This document shows, one piece after another, positions 48,026-61,071 of a stretch of 64,000 nt of DNA; the first letter of the stretch is position 1; each line of letters begins with the position of its first letter. Both the position numbers and the translations under genes were made by a program. The notes under the pieces were generated by a model that saw nothing but the letters and a program-made list of their open reading frames with translations, made no database searches and was not told where the DNA came from. This stretch comes from Octopus vulgaris (lineage: Eukaryota). The stretch is from the NCBI GenBank assembly GCA_951406725.2, contig OX597828.1, positions 13,392,001 through 13,456,000 of the forward strand, in the 5' to 3' direction.

Positions 48026-50134
48026 GAGGCATCTTTGTTCCAAAATTTCAGTCTTGCAGGGCTTTGTGTTACACAATGTGTTTGGTTTTGCCGTACATAC
48101 ATGAATAAATTTTCCGGATTTCCATAGAGTTGTCTATGAGAAAAGCAGGATTGGGACACATTTATTAAATACGTTCTGGAATCAAAAATTTATCTACCAT
48201 CATCAAAAAAGTTTAACTGGAAAAATGCAGAATTATTGGACTTATGGGCACTCAAAGTGAAATTCATATTTAATTGAAAACCCTGCATGCATTGCCAGCA
48301 TTTAGTTATTTGGAGATGTTGAAAAACTGTCTATTAATGCAATGTCTGAATTAATTACAGCAATATGTGTATAACTGTTTAGATATTGAAGTAGAATAGA
48401 TGAAGAATAATTGTTTGATTTAGTAAATATCAAATATAATGAACTGGAGACTTACTTGAAATTGCCGTTGTCGCATTAGAGTAGCTTGTGAAGTACAAGT
48501 ACCCACTCATACTCTAACTAGTCGTGGAATCTTAAAGGTTAACTTTATCAAGGCTAATTTATTCAAGCTAATATCTAAATGTAGCATATATATAAGCACA
48601 AAAAGTATGTGTGTATATAAATGTATGAATGAAGTCTTTAAGATTTAAGATCCAAATCAAGAAAGTGCAATAATGAGGTTTTGCAGTTCGAAACTGAGTA
48701 GTGAAATGCAGATCCGCTGATCGTGACAATCGAATATTGATCACTTCGCTAAAAACTGACAATTGTAAGTGCAGGTGCTATGGGTTATTTCCCTTGGGTG
48801 TTTAAATAAAATATATCAGTTATATGTAGTAGATATAAGGATCCCTTCCAGGGGCCCTATTATCGATTTTTCAACAATCTAAGTATGTCATGAGGTTTCC
48901 AGACATGAGTTCTACTCACGTCTCAAGTTTCATCAAAATCAATAAAACAATCTAGGAGGAGTTAGCTAACAATTTCACAAACAAAGACACCCACAAACAG
49001 AATTTCCCACATATGTAGTAGATAGGCTTCTATTAAGGGGGAGGGTGTATATGAGTGTAGGGAAAGGCATGTGGCCTAGTGGTTAGGGGTTGCGCTTGTT
49101 ATCATAAGATCGTGGTGTATTCTAGGTGCATATGTAGCTGTGTGGCAAGAAGATTGCTTCTCAGTCACATAGTTTTGGGTTCAATCCCACTGTATGGCAC
49201 CTTGGGCAAGTGTCTGCTACTACAGCCTCAGGCCAACCAAAGCTTTGTGAGTGGATTTGGTTGATGGAAACTGAATGAAGCCCTTTGTGTGTGAGTGAGT
49301 TGTCCCCCATCTCGGACGTGGGGGCGGATGGGGTGTATTGTGATCTCAGTCACTTATATGCCATAAAAACCCAGTTAAGGTCTGACATTATGAATTCTAG
49401 GGCTTATGACAGACTCCTAATATGGGTGTAGGGGTAACTAAAGTAGTATCAGTTGCATCAGTAAAGTGGACAACTTCAACCAGGAATTGAACCCAGGCTT
49501 GCAACTTGATACTCTGTTGACCTCTGATACGTCACAACATCCACTGTTATTTTTTATGTTGTCTTGGCTTATCAAACACCTGGTTTTATTAATGTCAGGT
49601 GTTTGATAAACCTAGTTTTGCTATAATAAGCCATGCACGTGTGAATGTTTTGGCTTTTATCTCAGAGAGAGAGAGAGAGATCAGTCTTGAACCATCATAT
49701 TCCTCTTTTCCTACCACACAACAAATTTATCTAAACTCATGAACTTCACTACATAAATTATGCCAATGCAGGTAACTATTAATTTCCTTAATATCTGTTT
49801 TTTCACCAGGCTTAATATTAATTTAAGATAAAGTGTCAAGCTGGCAGAAGTATTAGCATGCTGGGCAAGATGCCTTGTGACATTTCATCCCGTGTTTATG
49901 TTCTAAGGTCGATTTTGGTTTCATCCTTTTGGGGTCAATAAAATAGGTACCATTTCAGCACTGGGGTCAATGTAATCAACTTACACCCCTCAAAATTGCT
50001 GGCCTTGTGCCAAAATTTGAAATCAATATTAAGATTTATTCTGTCATTGGGAAGAGAGAGAGGGAGAGGAATTAAAAGGAACAGTAGACAAGTCTTTTCT
50101 TTGGATGAAAGCATCTTATTTGACAAGTGTGGCC

Positions 50135-50342
50135 GTTGTCAGTACCGCCTGACTGGCCCTCATATCGGTGGCACGTAAAAGCACCCACTACACTCTCGGT
50201 GTGGTTGGCGTTAGGAAGGGCATCCAGCTGTAGAAACTCTGCCAGATCAGATTGGAGTCTGGTGCAGCCATCTGGTTCGCCAGACCTCAGTCAAATTGTC
50301 CAACCCATGCTAGCATGGAAAGCGGACGTTAAATGATGATGA
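50135..50342 (+). mobile_element. Repeat family D
   Basis: Conserved 3' end plus gat tail. Confidence 0.85.
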
Positions 50343-50350
50343 AACATTAA

Positions 50351-50591
50351 CCTTTAGCATTTAAATCGGCCATGTCCAGCCCAAATATTCTGGTTGTTTT
50401 TATGTTCAAACTGACCAGAACCAGCTTCTTACATCTACCTTATAATAAATAAATACATCTACCTTATAATAAATAATAAATAAACAATCACCTCATTGAC
50501 ATCTTGAAGTGGTGAGATAATGCTTGATTAATTCAAAACAATGTGAATAAATAAGTATTACGTTTGACAGAGTAATCTGAATGCTGAAGGG
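50351..50591. mobile_element. TTAA-flanked piggyBac-like MITE
   Basis: TTAA-cctttagcatt...aatgctgaaggg-TTAA; homologous and inverted relative to 59118-59334. Confidence 0.75.
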
Positions 50592-50896
50592 TTAATATTA
50601 ATTTAAGATTTGCTTTGCTGTCTTTGTGTTGAGAGAGGTGGGCTAAGAAGAACAATAGATGTGTCTTTTTCTTAAACGAAAATATTTTGACAACATTAAA
50701 GGGGATAACTGGGTCACAACTGACTACAAGGAAACAGCACAGCAATGGAAGTACAGCAAAGTATAGTCACTCTTCAAATATAGCATTCGAAAGGCAAATA
50801 TCTTAATCGTGTGTGTACGTGAGATCAAGTATCAGAAAGCTTACTGTGTCTGAGACAGAAAAATATAAAGTGTGAGAGATGTTTTTCATTTTCAAG

Positions 50897-50990
50897 TTGA
50901 GCATAACACGCAGGAGGAAGGCAAGCTCTGAAATGATGACATGAAAATGTTTCATATTTACATTGTGGAAAGGGCTCAGGAGAGAAACTG
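50897..50990 (+). other. Candidate non-coding (5'UTR) exon
   Basis: Acceptor ttttcattttcaag| and donor ctg|gtgagt in non-repetitive sequence; stops in all three frames. Confidence 0.3.
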
Positions 50991-50999
50991 GTGAGTAGC

Positions 51000-51097
51000 T
51001 ACTGATTGGTCAGTTTCAGCCAATGAAAATAATGAGTCAGGCTGTTTGGTTAATTTTGGTGTGGATTTTTATACAAAATACATTTTGGCCAATCAGA
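51000..51097. promoter_or_regulatory. Cluster of three CCAAT boxes and an AP-1 site
   Basis: ctgattgg (51002-09), agccaatg (51018-25), tgagtca (51033-39), ggccaatcag (51087-96). Confidence 0.4.
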
Positions 51098-51514
51098 GTG
51101 TATTTCAGCAATTTTTGGCTGTTCTCTGTCATAGCTGTAACTTATAGTCAATTGAATCATAGCTGATAAGTACACTGGCTGGACAAAACCATATTAACTG
51201 CTTGTCTTTATTTTCTGGTAGTTATAGTATGCATGTGATGCAGAGACAAATGGGAGCAAGAATGGATGTCTAGTGGTTGTAGAATATGCTTACGCATGTT
51301 ATGTGGCAAGTGAAGCCTTTAATATGTAAATTTAGATTACAAGTGTCCTATTTATTACATTGGAATGTTGAATATGTTTCACTGTTATTCATTCCCTGTT
51401 GTAATTAAATTACAATACTTGCTTACCTAATGTATTCATTATCATTCCACTTATACTATCTTGCCAACAGATTCCTTATTTTGCCAGTGTAAATAAATAT
51501 TGTCATCGACTATG

Positions 51515-51549
<35 letters not shown>

Positions 51550-51649
51550 TAATAAATAAATAAATAAATAAATAATTAATAACTGTTGAAAAGAGATATT
51601 TTTCTTTCTGATGCAATTTCATTTAACTCAAGACTTCGTTTACAGACAC

Positions 51650-53750
51650 TCTATATTATCTGACCCACATCTACTTTCACATCACACTGCATGTTATGCA
51701 AGCCATATCTACATTTTGCAATATATACACTATATGTTATTGTACCCATTTCTAATTCACAATCACAATCTTCACTTACAGAATATGTCATCTCACCCAT
51801 CTGTACATTTACACACTTTACCTAACATATGTCTTATTTAAACATACACATACTCTATATTTTATGTAACTCATGTCTAAATTTGCACAAACACACTCAC
51901 TACATACTCTAACCTACATGTAGGTTTACACACGCTGTACTATCCAATCCATGTCTACGTTCACACTTATTTGGTTGTCTTAGTAATGTCTGTATTTATT
52001 TCCACTTTATTCCATCAAACCTATGCTAACATGTACATACAGTACTCATCATCATCATCATCATCGCCGCTTAATGTCCGTTCCCCATGCTAGCATGGGC
52101 TGGACAGTTCGACCGGGATCTGGGAAGCAAGGCTGCACCAGGCTCCAGTCTGATCTGGCAGTGTTTCTACAGCTGGATGCCCTTCCTAACGCCAACCACT
52201 CCGTGAGTGTAGTGGGTGCTTTTTATGTGCCACCGGCACAGGTGCCAGGGGAGGCTGGCAACGGCCACGATCGGATTGGTGCTTTCTACATGCCACCGGC
52301 AATAAGCCAGTCAAGGCGGCACTGGCATCGGCCACGTTCGGATGGTGCTTTTTTACATGCCACCGGCACTATATATATATAACCCATGCTTTACATATAC
52401 ACACTATATGTTATCTTACCATATATATATACATATACATATAGTCTGTAGGTGAGAGCTAAATAAACTTGGTATAGAAAACACATAGTAATGCTCAAAT
52501 GAATTAGAACTTAAGTTCCAACTTCATCCTGAGCAAAGCCACAGCATCCAGAGAGGCTGGACTTACTGTAATAACTTCACTGGACTGGTCACTGGTTTCA
52601 TACTTGTGACTTCTTGCTTATATCACCTGCAAGTTATGATTATTACATAACTCTTTGCTTCCTGAAACAGCTGTCGCTACAAGACGTTACATAATTTCTT
52701 TATATTATATTTTTATTTATTCTGCATTTTTGTGTTCCATGTAAATATATATATTTATATATATCAAACCTAATTTGTGTTTATATACCTTACTACCCCT
52801 TAATATATGTGTGTGGTCAATTCAAATTAAAGAACAATATTAACAATAACAAACAATGAAGATGTGCACAAAGAATGTTTTAGTTTGAAACTTGGTAAAA
52901 AGAGACAGTTTTTTGATGTTTCGAGTATAGCTCTTTGTCAGAGAGGGGAAAGTAAAAAGTTCGAAGAAAGAAAAGAAATCACCAATAGCACATCTGAAGT
53001 CACACACACACACACACACACACACATCTACAGTAAATGTTATGTAACCCATGTCAACATACACTATATTTTATTTAACCTATGTTTATAATTATATACA
53101 GCATGTTATCTAACCCATGTTTACATTCATGTAAATTACATGTGTTGTTTAGTACATTCCTACATTTAGACGCACTGTGTGGTGTCTAACCCATGTGTAT
53201 ATTTTTGTACAGTCATCTGACATGCATCTAAATTTGCATATCTATCCCATGTCTGTATTTACATTATATTTTATTTAAACCAGAACTGTATTTGCATACA
53301 CTACAAACCATCTAACATATACCTATGTTTACATACACTACAGTCATCTAAGTATACACTTATATTCACCACATGTTATCTCACAAATCTACATTCGTAG
53401 CCAGTATATTTTATCTAACCCAATCCATCTGGTTTATCATCACTGTCTGGCTCTTGGTTGCTTTTGGTAGCATCTGTTCTGTTGTCAGCATTCATCTTTG
53501 GTTTCTAGTCTCTAGACTTCTTTCCATCATTCACAGAAGCCCTAAAAAGAGTATTGCCACTGTTTTCGTTCCACTAATCAAGCTATTAAAAAGTAATATA
53601 ATGTGTACATTTACTTACTCTAATTCAATCTTATATTTACATAAATCATATATTGCCTTACCCATATTTACATTTACACACATTATATGTGGCTCAACAC
53701 ACACCTGTATTTACATACACTCTGTTATCTTTCTCACGTCTACATTTAAA
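51650..53750. repeat. Interrupted, highly degenerate minisatellite (about 35-40-bp unit)
   Basis: Recurring t(c)taacccatgtctacatttacacacact...atgttat variants in blocks 51650-52045, 52380-52440, 53030-53425, 53600-53750. Confidence 0.65.
52046..52370 (-). mobile_element. Repeat family D
   Basis: (cat)n tail plus conserved body. Confidence 0.85.
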
Positions 53751-53754
53751 TTGA

Positions 53755-54156
53755 CTCTTTTACTCTTTTACTTGTTTCAGTCATTTTGTCTGCGGCCATG
53801 CTGGAGCACCATCTTTAGTCAAGTAAATCGACCCCTGGACTTATTCTTTGTAAGCCTAGTACTTATTCCATCGGTCTCTTTTGCCGAACTGCTAAGTTAC
53901 GGGGATGTAAACACACCAGCATTGGTTGTCAAGCGATGTTGGGGGGGGACAAACACAGACACGCAAACATATACACACACATACACATATATACAACGGG
54001 CTTCTTTCAGTTTCTGTCTACCAAATCCACTCACAAGGCTTTGGTTGGCCCGAGGCTATAGTAGAATACACTTGCCCAAGGTGCCATGCAATGAGACTGA
54101 ATCTGGAACCATGTGGTTCATAAGCAATCTACTTACCACACAGCCACTCCTATGCC
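53755..54156 (-). mobile_element. SINE family A
   Basis: Full-length reverse copy. Confidence 0.9.
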
Positions 54157-54415
54157 TATGTAAATACTATGACTATGTAAATATGTATTCTTTGTTTTAA
54201 ATAATTATACCTTCACAATAAATCTAATTTCTTCATAATTATGAGAATCATGTTTCTTTTTTTTTTTTCCATCAGATTCAAGGCTGTTTTATGTAACCAA
54301 TTACCAAGAAAAAGAAGATCAACATGGATTTTATTTCTTCTAACTGCTGATAAAACTATAGAATACTGCTGCAACTTGAATTCTATCACAGAATTACCTG
54401 GTCATTGCTGTAGTT

Positions 54416-56446
54416 ATGGTTGTATACTGGGCTATGGAAGGGGAACGTATTTACATTGGTGGATCTTTATATATGAGTCAGGAACAAAATGGAGAAGAAG
54501 GAGTCCTACCCGATCGCATTTTTACTCATGAAGATGCCAAAATGCTACGGCCACGAAGCATTTTTCGTAAGAAATTTCTTCAGGGTGATGGAGGTAAAGA
54601 AGATGGTTTATCTATGAATGACTCTTCTGCTGATGAAAGGAATTCTGACAACGATTTCAAAAAGCCATTAGCCAACTATCGAAAAGAAAAAGTTGTCCAT
54701 CGAATTCAATGTGACGGAATACAAGACATCCAAGTTGTCGAAGTAGGTGATGATGAAGAATTAGATGAAAATGTTGCCATACCTGTTTCAAAGAAATCTA
54801 GAATTGATAAGCTTTGTGAAAAACTCCGAGAGAATTCATCCCTTCGGAAATCAGAAGATGTGAAACGCACCAACCAGTCTCAGGATGCTGTTTCATCTTC
54901 ACAAAACAATGTTCTTTTGAATCAGGAAAGTGATTCCATTAAAACTACAAACACTGAAAGTAAATCTATTCAGAATCCTGTTAATTCAGAAGAAACTACT
55001 AACTCAGAAAAAGATTCTTCAAAAACTGCTTCTCCAAAACGAGAAAGTGTTGTCACCAAAGTCTCCAGTGAAAAGGAACCAAGTAAAAGAATAGCTGATC
55101 AACAGTTTTCTGAAGAAGAGGACACAAAAGATTCATTTGAAAAGAATTTTAGCGCCTCTAGTACTACTACAGTGACTACTATTACTGCTACATCTGCTTC
55201 TACTACAACTACTGGTACTACTACTAGTACCACTACTGCTACTACTACAACTACTACTACTACTACCACTACTGCTGATGAGGATGAAATTAAGAAGAAT
55301 TCTGCTGAAAATTTTAATATTCCCAAAACTAATCCAGTTGAAACTGTAAGTTCAGAACCATTAGATGAAACAAAAGAAGAATCTACTTCTCTTCCTAGAG
55401 TTCTTCAAAAGTCTGCCAGAGTAAATCTCCGTGAAATGTCTGTGGTGCTCTTTGACTGCCAAATGTCTCCTGGTGATTCTTGCTCTGCTTTCCTTTTTGA
55501 GCAGCAAGCACTAATTTGTGATCAAGACTGCCGACAGTCTGCCATACAGAAGGTCAAACCAAAATCTTCATCAAGACGTACAACGCCCCGAATTACTACG
55601 ACTGCTATCAGTCAGTTACGCAATCAACTAAAAAGGGACCGCAAGAGAGTCTACCCTCTGCGTCCCCCTCCAACTGCTTCGGCTTTGCCTGCTCAGAAAC
55701 CTTCTTCTCTTCAACCGTCTTTCATGTCTAAATTGTCTCCATGGTCAACAGCAGCCAAAGTTCCGCCATTCTATGCTAGTCAGTTTCAATCCTTACATTC
55801 TGAGACATCCCCAAATCTTATGTCATCGCTGAACACCTCGCCATACAACCTCCATCACCATCTACAACAGCAACATCAACAGCAGCAACATCAACAGCAG
55901 CAGCAACAACAGCAGCAACAACAACAACAACAACACCATCAGCAACAACAACAACAACATCAGCAACAACAACAGCAGCAGCAGCAAATGGCACATTTAA
56001 GAAACACAGCACCGTCCAGTTTATCGTTGCCCATACAAAAGATATCAAAGGAGAGTAAGAAGACTTACCCACTTCTTACTCAAGCTTTAACATCTATGGC
56101 ATCTCTCAACCATTCGTCTGCTTCACAGTTACGTCAAGAATTGTATCTGACATCCAACTCTCGGAGTCCTGCTGCTCTGGGGAGAAGGCCTCTGCATTCC
56201 TCTTCGTTATCACCTGTTAATCCTCATTATATGCCTAATCCACAAGACAGGATGTGCATGAAGCCTGAGCCATTGGAGGAGCGGGACTTGAGAAGCTCTA
56301 TTTTTTCAAGCCAGTTTGCATCTTTTATAGACCAAGTGAACAACCGACCAGTTCACTCCTCAGAGTTCACAGATACCTACGCTCATCAACCCAACCAGTT
56401 CCCAAAATGGTTACACATGCAAAACCAATTGCTGTCATATGACTAA
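54416..56446 (+). CDS. Uncharacterised 676-aa largely disordered protein with poly-Thr and poly-Gln tracts (probable nuclear regulator); single large, probably terminal, exon
   Basis: 2-kb stop-free frame in AT-rich DNA, free of SINEs, trinucleotide tracts keep frame; polypyrimidine acceptor tttttttccatcag| at 54275 (alternative tcacag| at 54391); in-frame TGA at 54377; basic NLS-like stretches (IFRKKF, KRDRKR). Confidence 0.85.
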   Translation: MVVYWAMEGERIYIGGSLYMSQEQNGEEGVLPDRIFTHEDAKMLRPRSIFRKKFLQGDGGKEDGLSMNDSSADERNSDNDFKKPLANYRKEKVVHRIQCDGIQDIQVVEVGDDEELDENVAIPVSKKSRIDKLCEKLRENSSLRKSEDVKRTNQSQDAVSSSQNNVLLNQESDSIKTTNTESKSIQNPVNSEETTNSEKDSSKTASPKRESVVTKVSSEKEPSKRIADQQFSEEEDTKDSFEKNFSASSTTTVTTITATSASTTTTGTTTSTTTATTTTTTTTTTTADEDEIKKNSAENFNIPKTNPVETVSSEPLDETKEESTSLPRVLQKSARVNLREMSVVLFDCQMSPGDSCSAFLFEQQALICDQDCRQSAIQKVKPKSSSRRTTPRITTTAISQLRNQLKRDRKRVYPLRPPPTASALPAQKPSSLQPSFMSKLSPWSTAAKVPPFYASQFQSLHSETSPNLMSSLNTSPYNLHHHLQQQHQQQQHQQQQQQQQQQQQQQHHQQQQQQHQQQQQQQQQMAHLRNTAPSSLSLPIQKISKESKKTYPLLTQALTSMASLNHSSASQLRQELYLTSNSRSPAALGRRPLHSSSLSPVNPHYMPNPQDRMCMKPEPLEERDLRSSIFSSQFASFIDQVNNRPVHSSEFTDTYAHQPNQFPKWLHMQNQLLSYD

Positions 56447-56496
56447 AGAAGATTACTTCTACTACTACTACTACTACTACTATTATCATTATTACT

Positions 56497-56710
56497 AAGG
56501 CGGCGAGCTGGCAGAATCGTTAGCTTGCCAGGCAAAATGCTTTGTGGCATTTTGTCCGTCTTTACGTTCTGAGTTCAAATTCCGCCGAGGTCGACTTTGC
56601 CTTTCATCCTTTCGGGGTCGATAAATTAAGTACCAGTGAAACACTGGGGTCGATGTAATCGATTTGTCCTCTCCCCCAAAATTTCAGGCTTTGTGCCTGT
56701 AGTAGAAAGA
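56497..56710 (+). mobile_element. SINE family C (young copy, Meta/MESC-like core)
   Basis: taaggcggcgagctggcagaatcgttagc...gagttcaaattccgccgaggtcgactttgcctttcatcctttcggggtcgataaattaagtacc; (att)n tail. Confidence 0.9.
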
Positions 56711-56717
56711 ATTATCA

Positions 56718-56794
<77 letters not shown>

Positions 56795-57552
56795 TCTTAC
56801 ATTGTTATAATGAGAATATTATTATTAAAAAAAAGACTAGCTCATTGGAAACATGAAGAAAGAAAAGAACAGAAAATATATTAAAAAAAGTAAAAAAAAA
56901 AAAGAAACCAAAGAGAAACTACAACAAAGCAAAACAAACAAAAAAAAAACAAAGAAAAAGCAATGGGGTGAAAATACTCAAGCATCCCTGCCACTAAACA
57001 GAGTTAAGACCCGAAGTTTTAAAAGAAAAAAAAAGAAAAAACATCAAGAGGTTCTTATTAAGTATTCATGATATATCTCAAAGAAAAATATAAATAAATG
57101 AAAAAAAGAAATACATGAGACCAAAAAAAAAAAACCGAACAAAGAAAAAAAAAACAAAATGTCACCCACATTAGTAAAAAGAAAAGAAGAAAAGACGTAG
57201 TTAACTCTTGACACAACGACAGCTACAGTATTACAAGAACGTAAAAATAGCAAAGTAAATTTTAAATAATGCTTCTTAATACAAATAAGTGTAAAAACAA
57301 ACAAGCAAAAATGAAATCCATTTCATAGGGTAAAAAAAAAAATGCCAAAAAAAACTGCTGTGAATTGCTTACGTTTTTTTTTTTTTTCCTTGTGATGTCT
57401 GTGATGAGATAGAACTAAAATGTTATTATTATTATTTTTTTTTTTTCTTGTGTCTTCTCCATCCATGCAATGTTAGCATATTATTGCAACTTGTTAAAGC
57501 ATTATTATTATCATTATTATTATTATTATCATTATTATTATTATTATGATAA

Positions 57553-57798
57553 AGGGCGGTAGATTGGCAGAATTGTTAGAGTAGAAGAAAAATGCTTTGC
57601 AGAATTTCTTCTGGTTCTTTATGTTCTGGAGCTCCAATTCTACTGGCGGGTGGGGTGGGGTCATCTTTGCCATTCATCCCTCCAGGGTCGATAAAATAAG
57701 TACCAGTCAACTACTAGGGTCAGTGGTATCAACTACTCTCCTTCCCATCAGAATTGCTGGCTTTGTACCTAAAACAGAAATTATTATTATTATTATTA

Positions 57799-57832
<34 letters not shown>

Positions 57833-60800
57833 CATTATTAAGGCGGCGATCTTGGCAGAATCATTAGCATGTTGGGCAAAGTACTTAGAGCAGCATTTTG
57901 TTTGGCTTTACAGTCTGAGTTCAAATTCTGCCATGGTTGACGTTGCCTTTCATCCTTTCAGGGTCGATAAAATAAGCACCAATGAAACATTGGGGCCGAT
58001 GTAATCGACCACCCCCCTCCCTCTAAATTTCAGGCTTTGTGCATTTAGTTGAAAGGATTATTATTATTATTATTATGCGATTTAGGTTATAAGTATTGTT
58101 TTGGGTTGTTGAAGCCAAAGATCAGTAATAGACATTTCAAAGAAGATGGAATTATTATAATTGATTATAATGAGTAATTAGTAACAATGAATGCTATAAA
58201 TATATTATTGTTGTATTGGGTTATCAGCTAAATTTGTTGATTTTTTTTTTTTTTTCTGATTATTTTAATCCTTATTTTTCATTAACAGTTTTAACAAATC
58301 AGTCGATAATATATTCTCCTTCATTAAGGCAGCAAGCTGGCAGAATCGTTAGCACACTGAGCAAAGTACTTAGCAACATTTCATCTGTCTCTACATTCTG
58401 AGTTCAAATTTTGCCAAGGTCGGCTTCACATTTCATCCTTTCAGGGCAAATGAAATAAGTACCAGCTGAGTACTGGGGTTGATGTAATCAACTTACCCAC
58501 TTCCCTGAAATTACTGGCCTTATACTAGAATTTGAAATCAATATATTCTCTTTCATTGTTCATGACATTGTGCCAGTGTTGCACCAGCTTGTCAATGCCT
58601 TGAGGCTAGAAATCACCTGGTCTTGGACTTGAAGAATTTGCAGAGCTACAGTTTCAGTTCCACATCATTTTGAACGAAAAAAACCTTACAGACTGTCAGA
58701 GATTGACCAAAAAAGGTGATAACCTAAAGGTGCTATATTAGTGTACAATGGGCACAATAGAACTTCACAACAGAGTTCTTGAATAGAATTTGTGGTTAAA
58801 TTAGCAATGTAGGGGTGAGGAGGTATCATATTAAAGAAGCATACTGTGTTGCGAGTCAGGTCTTTTCAACTAGATTGCCTTGTTGGATCTTGCTCATCAA
58901 GTGGAGATGACAGTCAACTGTATCATTAGAGTATCTCACCTGCTTGTCCAATTCCTGATTATCTTGGTGCCGATCCTCATAGATGAGCTCATACATTCAA
59001 TCTTCATTGAACTGAACAGGTCAGTTAGAATGAGAAGAGTCTGAGTTTGAATTGAAGCGTGAAAACCATTTCTGTGCAGTTCTTGCACCTTCTCCATACA
59101 TAGCACAAATGTCTTAACCCTTTGGCATTCACATTATTCTGTTGAAAGAAAAGGTTATTTATTCACATTGTTTTGAATTAATCAGTTATCTTGTAGCTTT
59201 GAGATTTCAGTGATGTGATTGTATATTTTTAGAATGATATTTTAAGGTAGATGTGAGAAGCCGAATCTGGCCAATTTGGTCATAAAATAAGTAGAAAATC
59301 TGGGCCAGATGTGGCCAGTTTAAATGCCAGAGGGTTAAGCAGCTTTGACAGTATTGGAACCATGAGTAAATACAAAGAGAAGCAGATGTCAAGAATGCTC
59401 ATTGTTTTTCCTCTTGCTATTCTGTTGTCATACGTCTCTGAAAAGAAGCACAATTTATTCAAATTAAAAAAAAAACAATAAACAAAAGTTGTAGAGAATA
59501 ATAGAGCTACAAATAAAACCGAAATACAATACAACAAAAGTATTTTTCATGTTAATTCAAATAACATTGGAGAGAAACAAACAAATTTATCTGACATCCC
59601 TATACTATCATTATGTTAATATGAAGATATACAGAAGTATTACGATTATTGAATTGGCTGAATTATAGCACTGAATGAAATGCCTTGCAGTGTTTGTTTC
59701 ATCTGTGTCCTGATTTCAAATCCTATGAAAGTCAGTTTTGCCTTTCATCCCCCCTGGGATCAATAAAATAAAGTACCAGTCAAATATTGGTATTGACTTA
59801 ATAACTAAACATCTTCCCCCTCCAAAATCTGAGGTCTTGTGCCTATATTAGAAAATTAATATCAATATTGTTATAGTACCAATTGAGAAATTTGGTATAT
59901 TTAATCAGCAACCTTACTCAGCACCCTTCCACCTTCTTCCATGTCAAAAAAACTGGGACTTTGTGCCTATGTTAGAAGGGGATTTTTTTTTTATGTTCTG
60001 AGTTCAAATTCTATCTAGGTCAAGTTTTATATCATCCCTCCAGGGGGTCATTAAAATATATAGTATTAGTGAAGTAGTGGGATTGATGTAATTGAGTTAC
60101 CTTTCTCTACCAAATTCCTGGCCTTGTGTTTACATTTGAAGCAATTATTGAATCATTAGCACATTGGACAAAAAGCTTAGCAAGCATTTCTTCCAGTTCT
60201 TTACACTTTTGAGTTCAAAAGTTGCCAAGGATGACTTTGGCTTTCATTCTTTCTGATTTGATAAAAAAAAAAAAGAAAAAGTACCAGTTGAGCAATGGGG
60301 TCAGTGTAAAAGACTAACTCACCCCACTTGAGATTGTTAGCCTTGTGCCAAAATTAGAAAACATTATTCTTTATTATTACTATTCCATGCTATCTTGCAG
60401 ACTACAGGATGGCACTTTTCTACAGATCAACAATGCCAATCTTAAATCCAGAATCCTTCAACCTCTTAGGTAACAGTTTGGGTGTTGTGGCCATGTGTGT
60501 TAAGTGCCATTCTAGCAGAATCGTTAGCACACTGGGCAAAATGCTTTTTGGCATTTCATCTATCTTTACGTTCTGAGTTCAACCGAGGTTGACTTTGCTT
60601 TTCATCCTTTTGGGGTCGATAAATTAAGTACCAGTCAGGCACTGGGTTGATGTAATCGACTACCCTCCCTGCTCCAAATTTCAGGCCTTGTACCTGTAGT
60701 AGAAAAGATTATTAATTATTATTAAGGCAGCAAGTTGTACTAGTTGAACACTGGATTGATGTAATTGACTTACTCCTCGCCCCAAAATTTCAGGCCTTGT

Positions 60801-61035
60801 ACCTACAGTAGAAAGGCTTGTTATATATATTGTTGTTATTATTGTGGTGAACTAGCAGAATCATTGGCACATCACACTAAATGCTTAGCAGCATTTCATT
60901 TGTCTTTATGTTGTGATTTCTCAACATTGCCTTTCATCTGGGTTGATGAAATAAGTACCAGTTGAATACTGGGGTTGACTTAATTAACTTCCCCCTTGCC
61001 ACAAAATTTCAGACCTTGTGCCTATAATAGAAAAG

Positions 61036-61040
<5 letters not shown>
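57553..61040 (+). mobile_element. Cluster of about ten same-strand SINE family C copies and fragments
   Basis: Copies near 57553, 57838, 58325, 59650, 59995, 60150, 60515, 60725, 60845. Confidence 0.7.
59118..59334. mobile_element. TTAA-flanked piggyBac-like MITE
   Basis: TTAA-ccctttggcatt...aatgccagaggg-TTAA. Confidence 0.8.

Positions 61041-61071
<31 letters not shown>

Noticed and set aside
49569-49609. 14-bp-arm hairpin
   Set aside because: Short and isolated, with no TSD or motif; not enough to interpret.
53373-54200. 275-aa hydrophobic ORF
   Set aside because: Runs through a degenerate minisatellite and an antisense SINE A; not a credible membrane protein.
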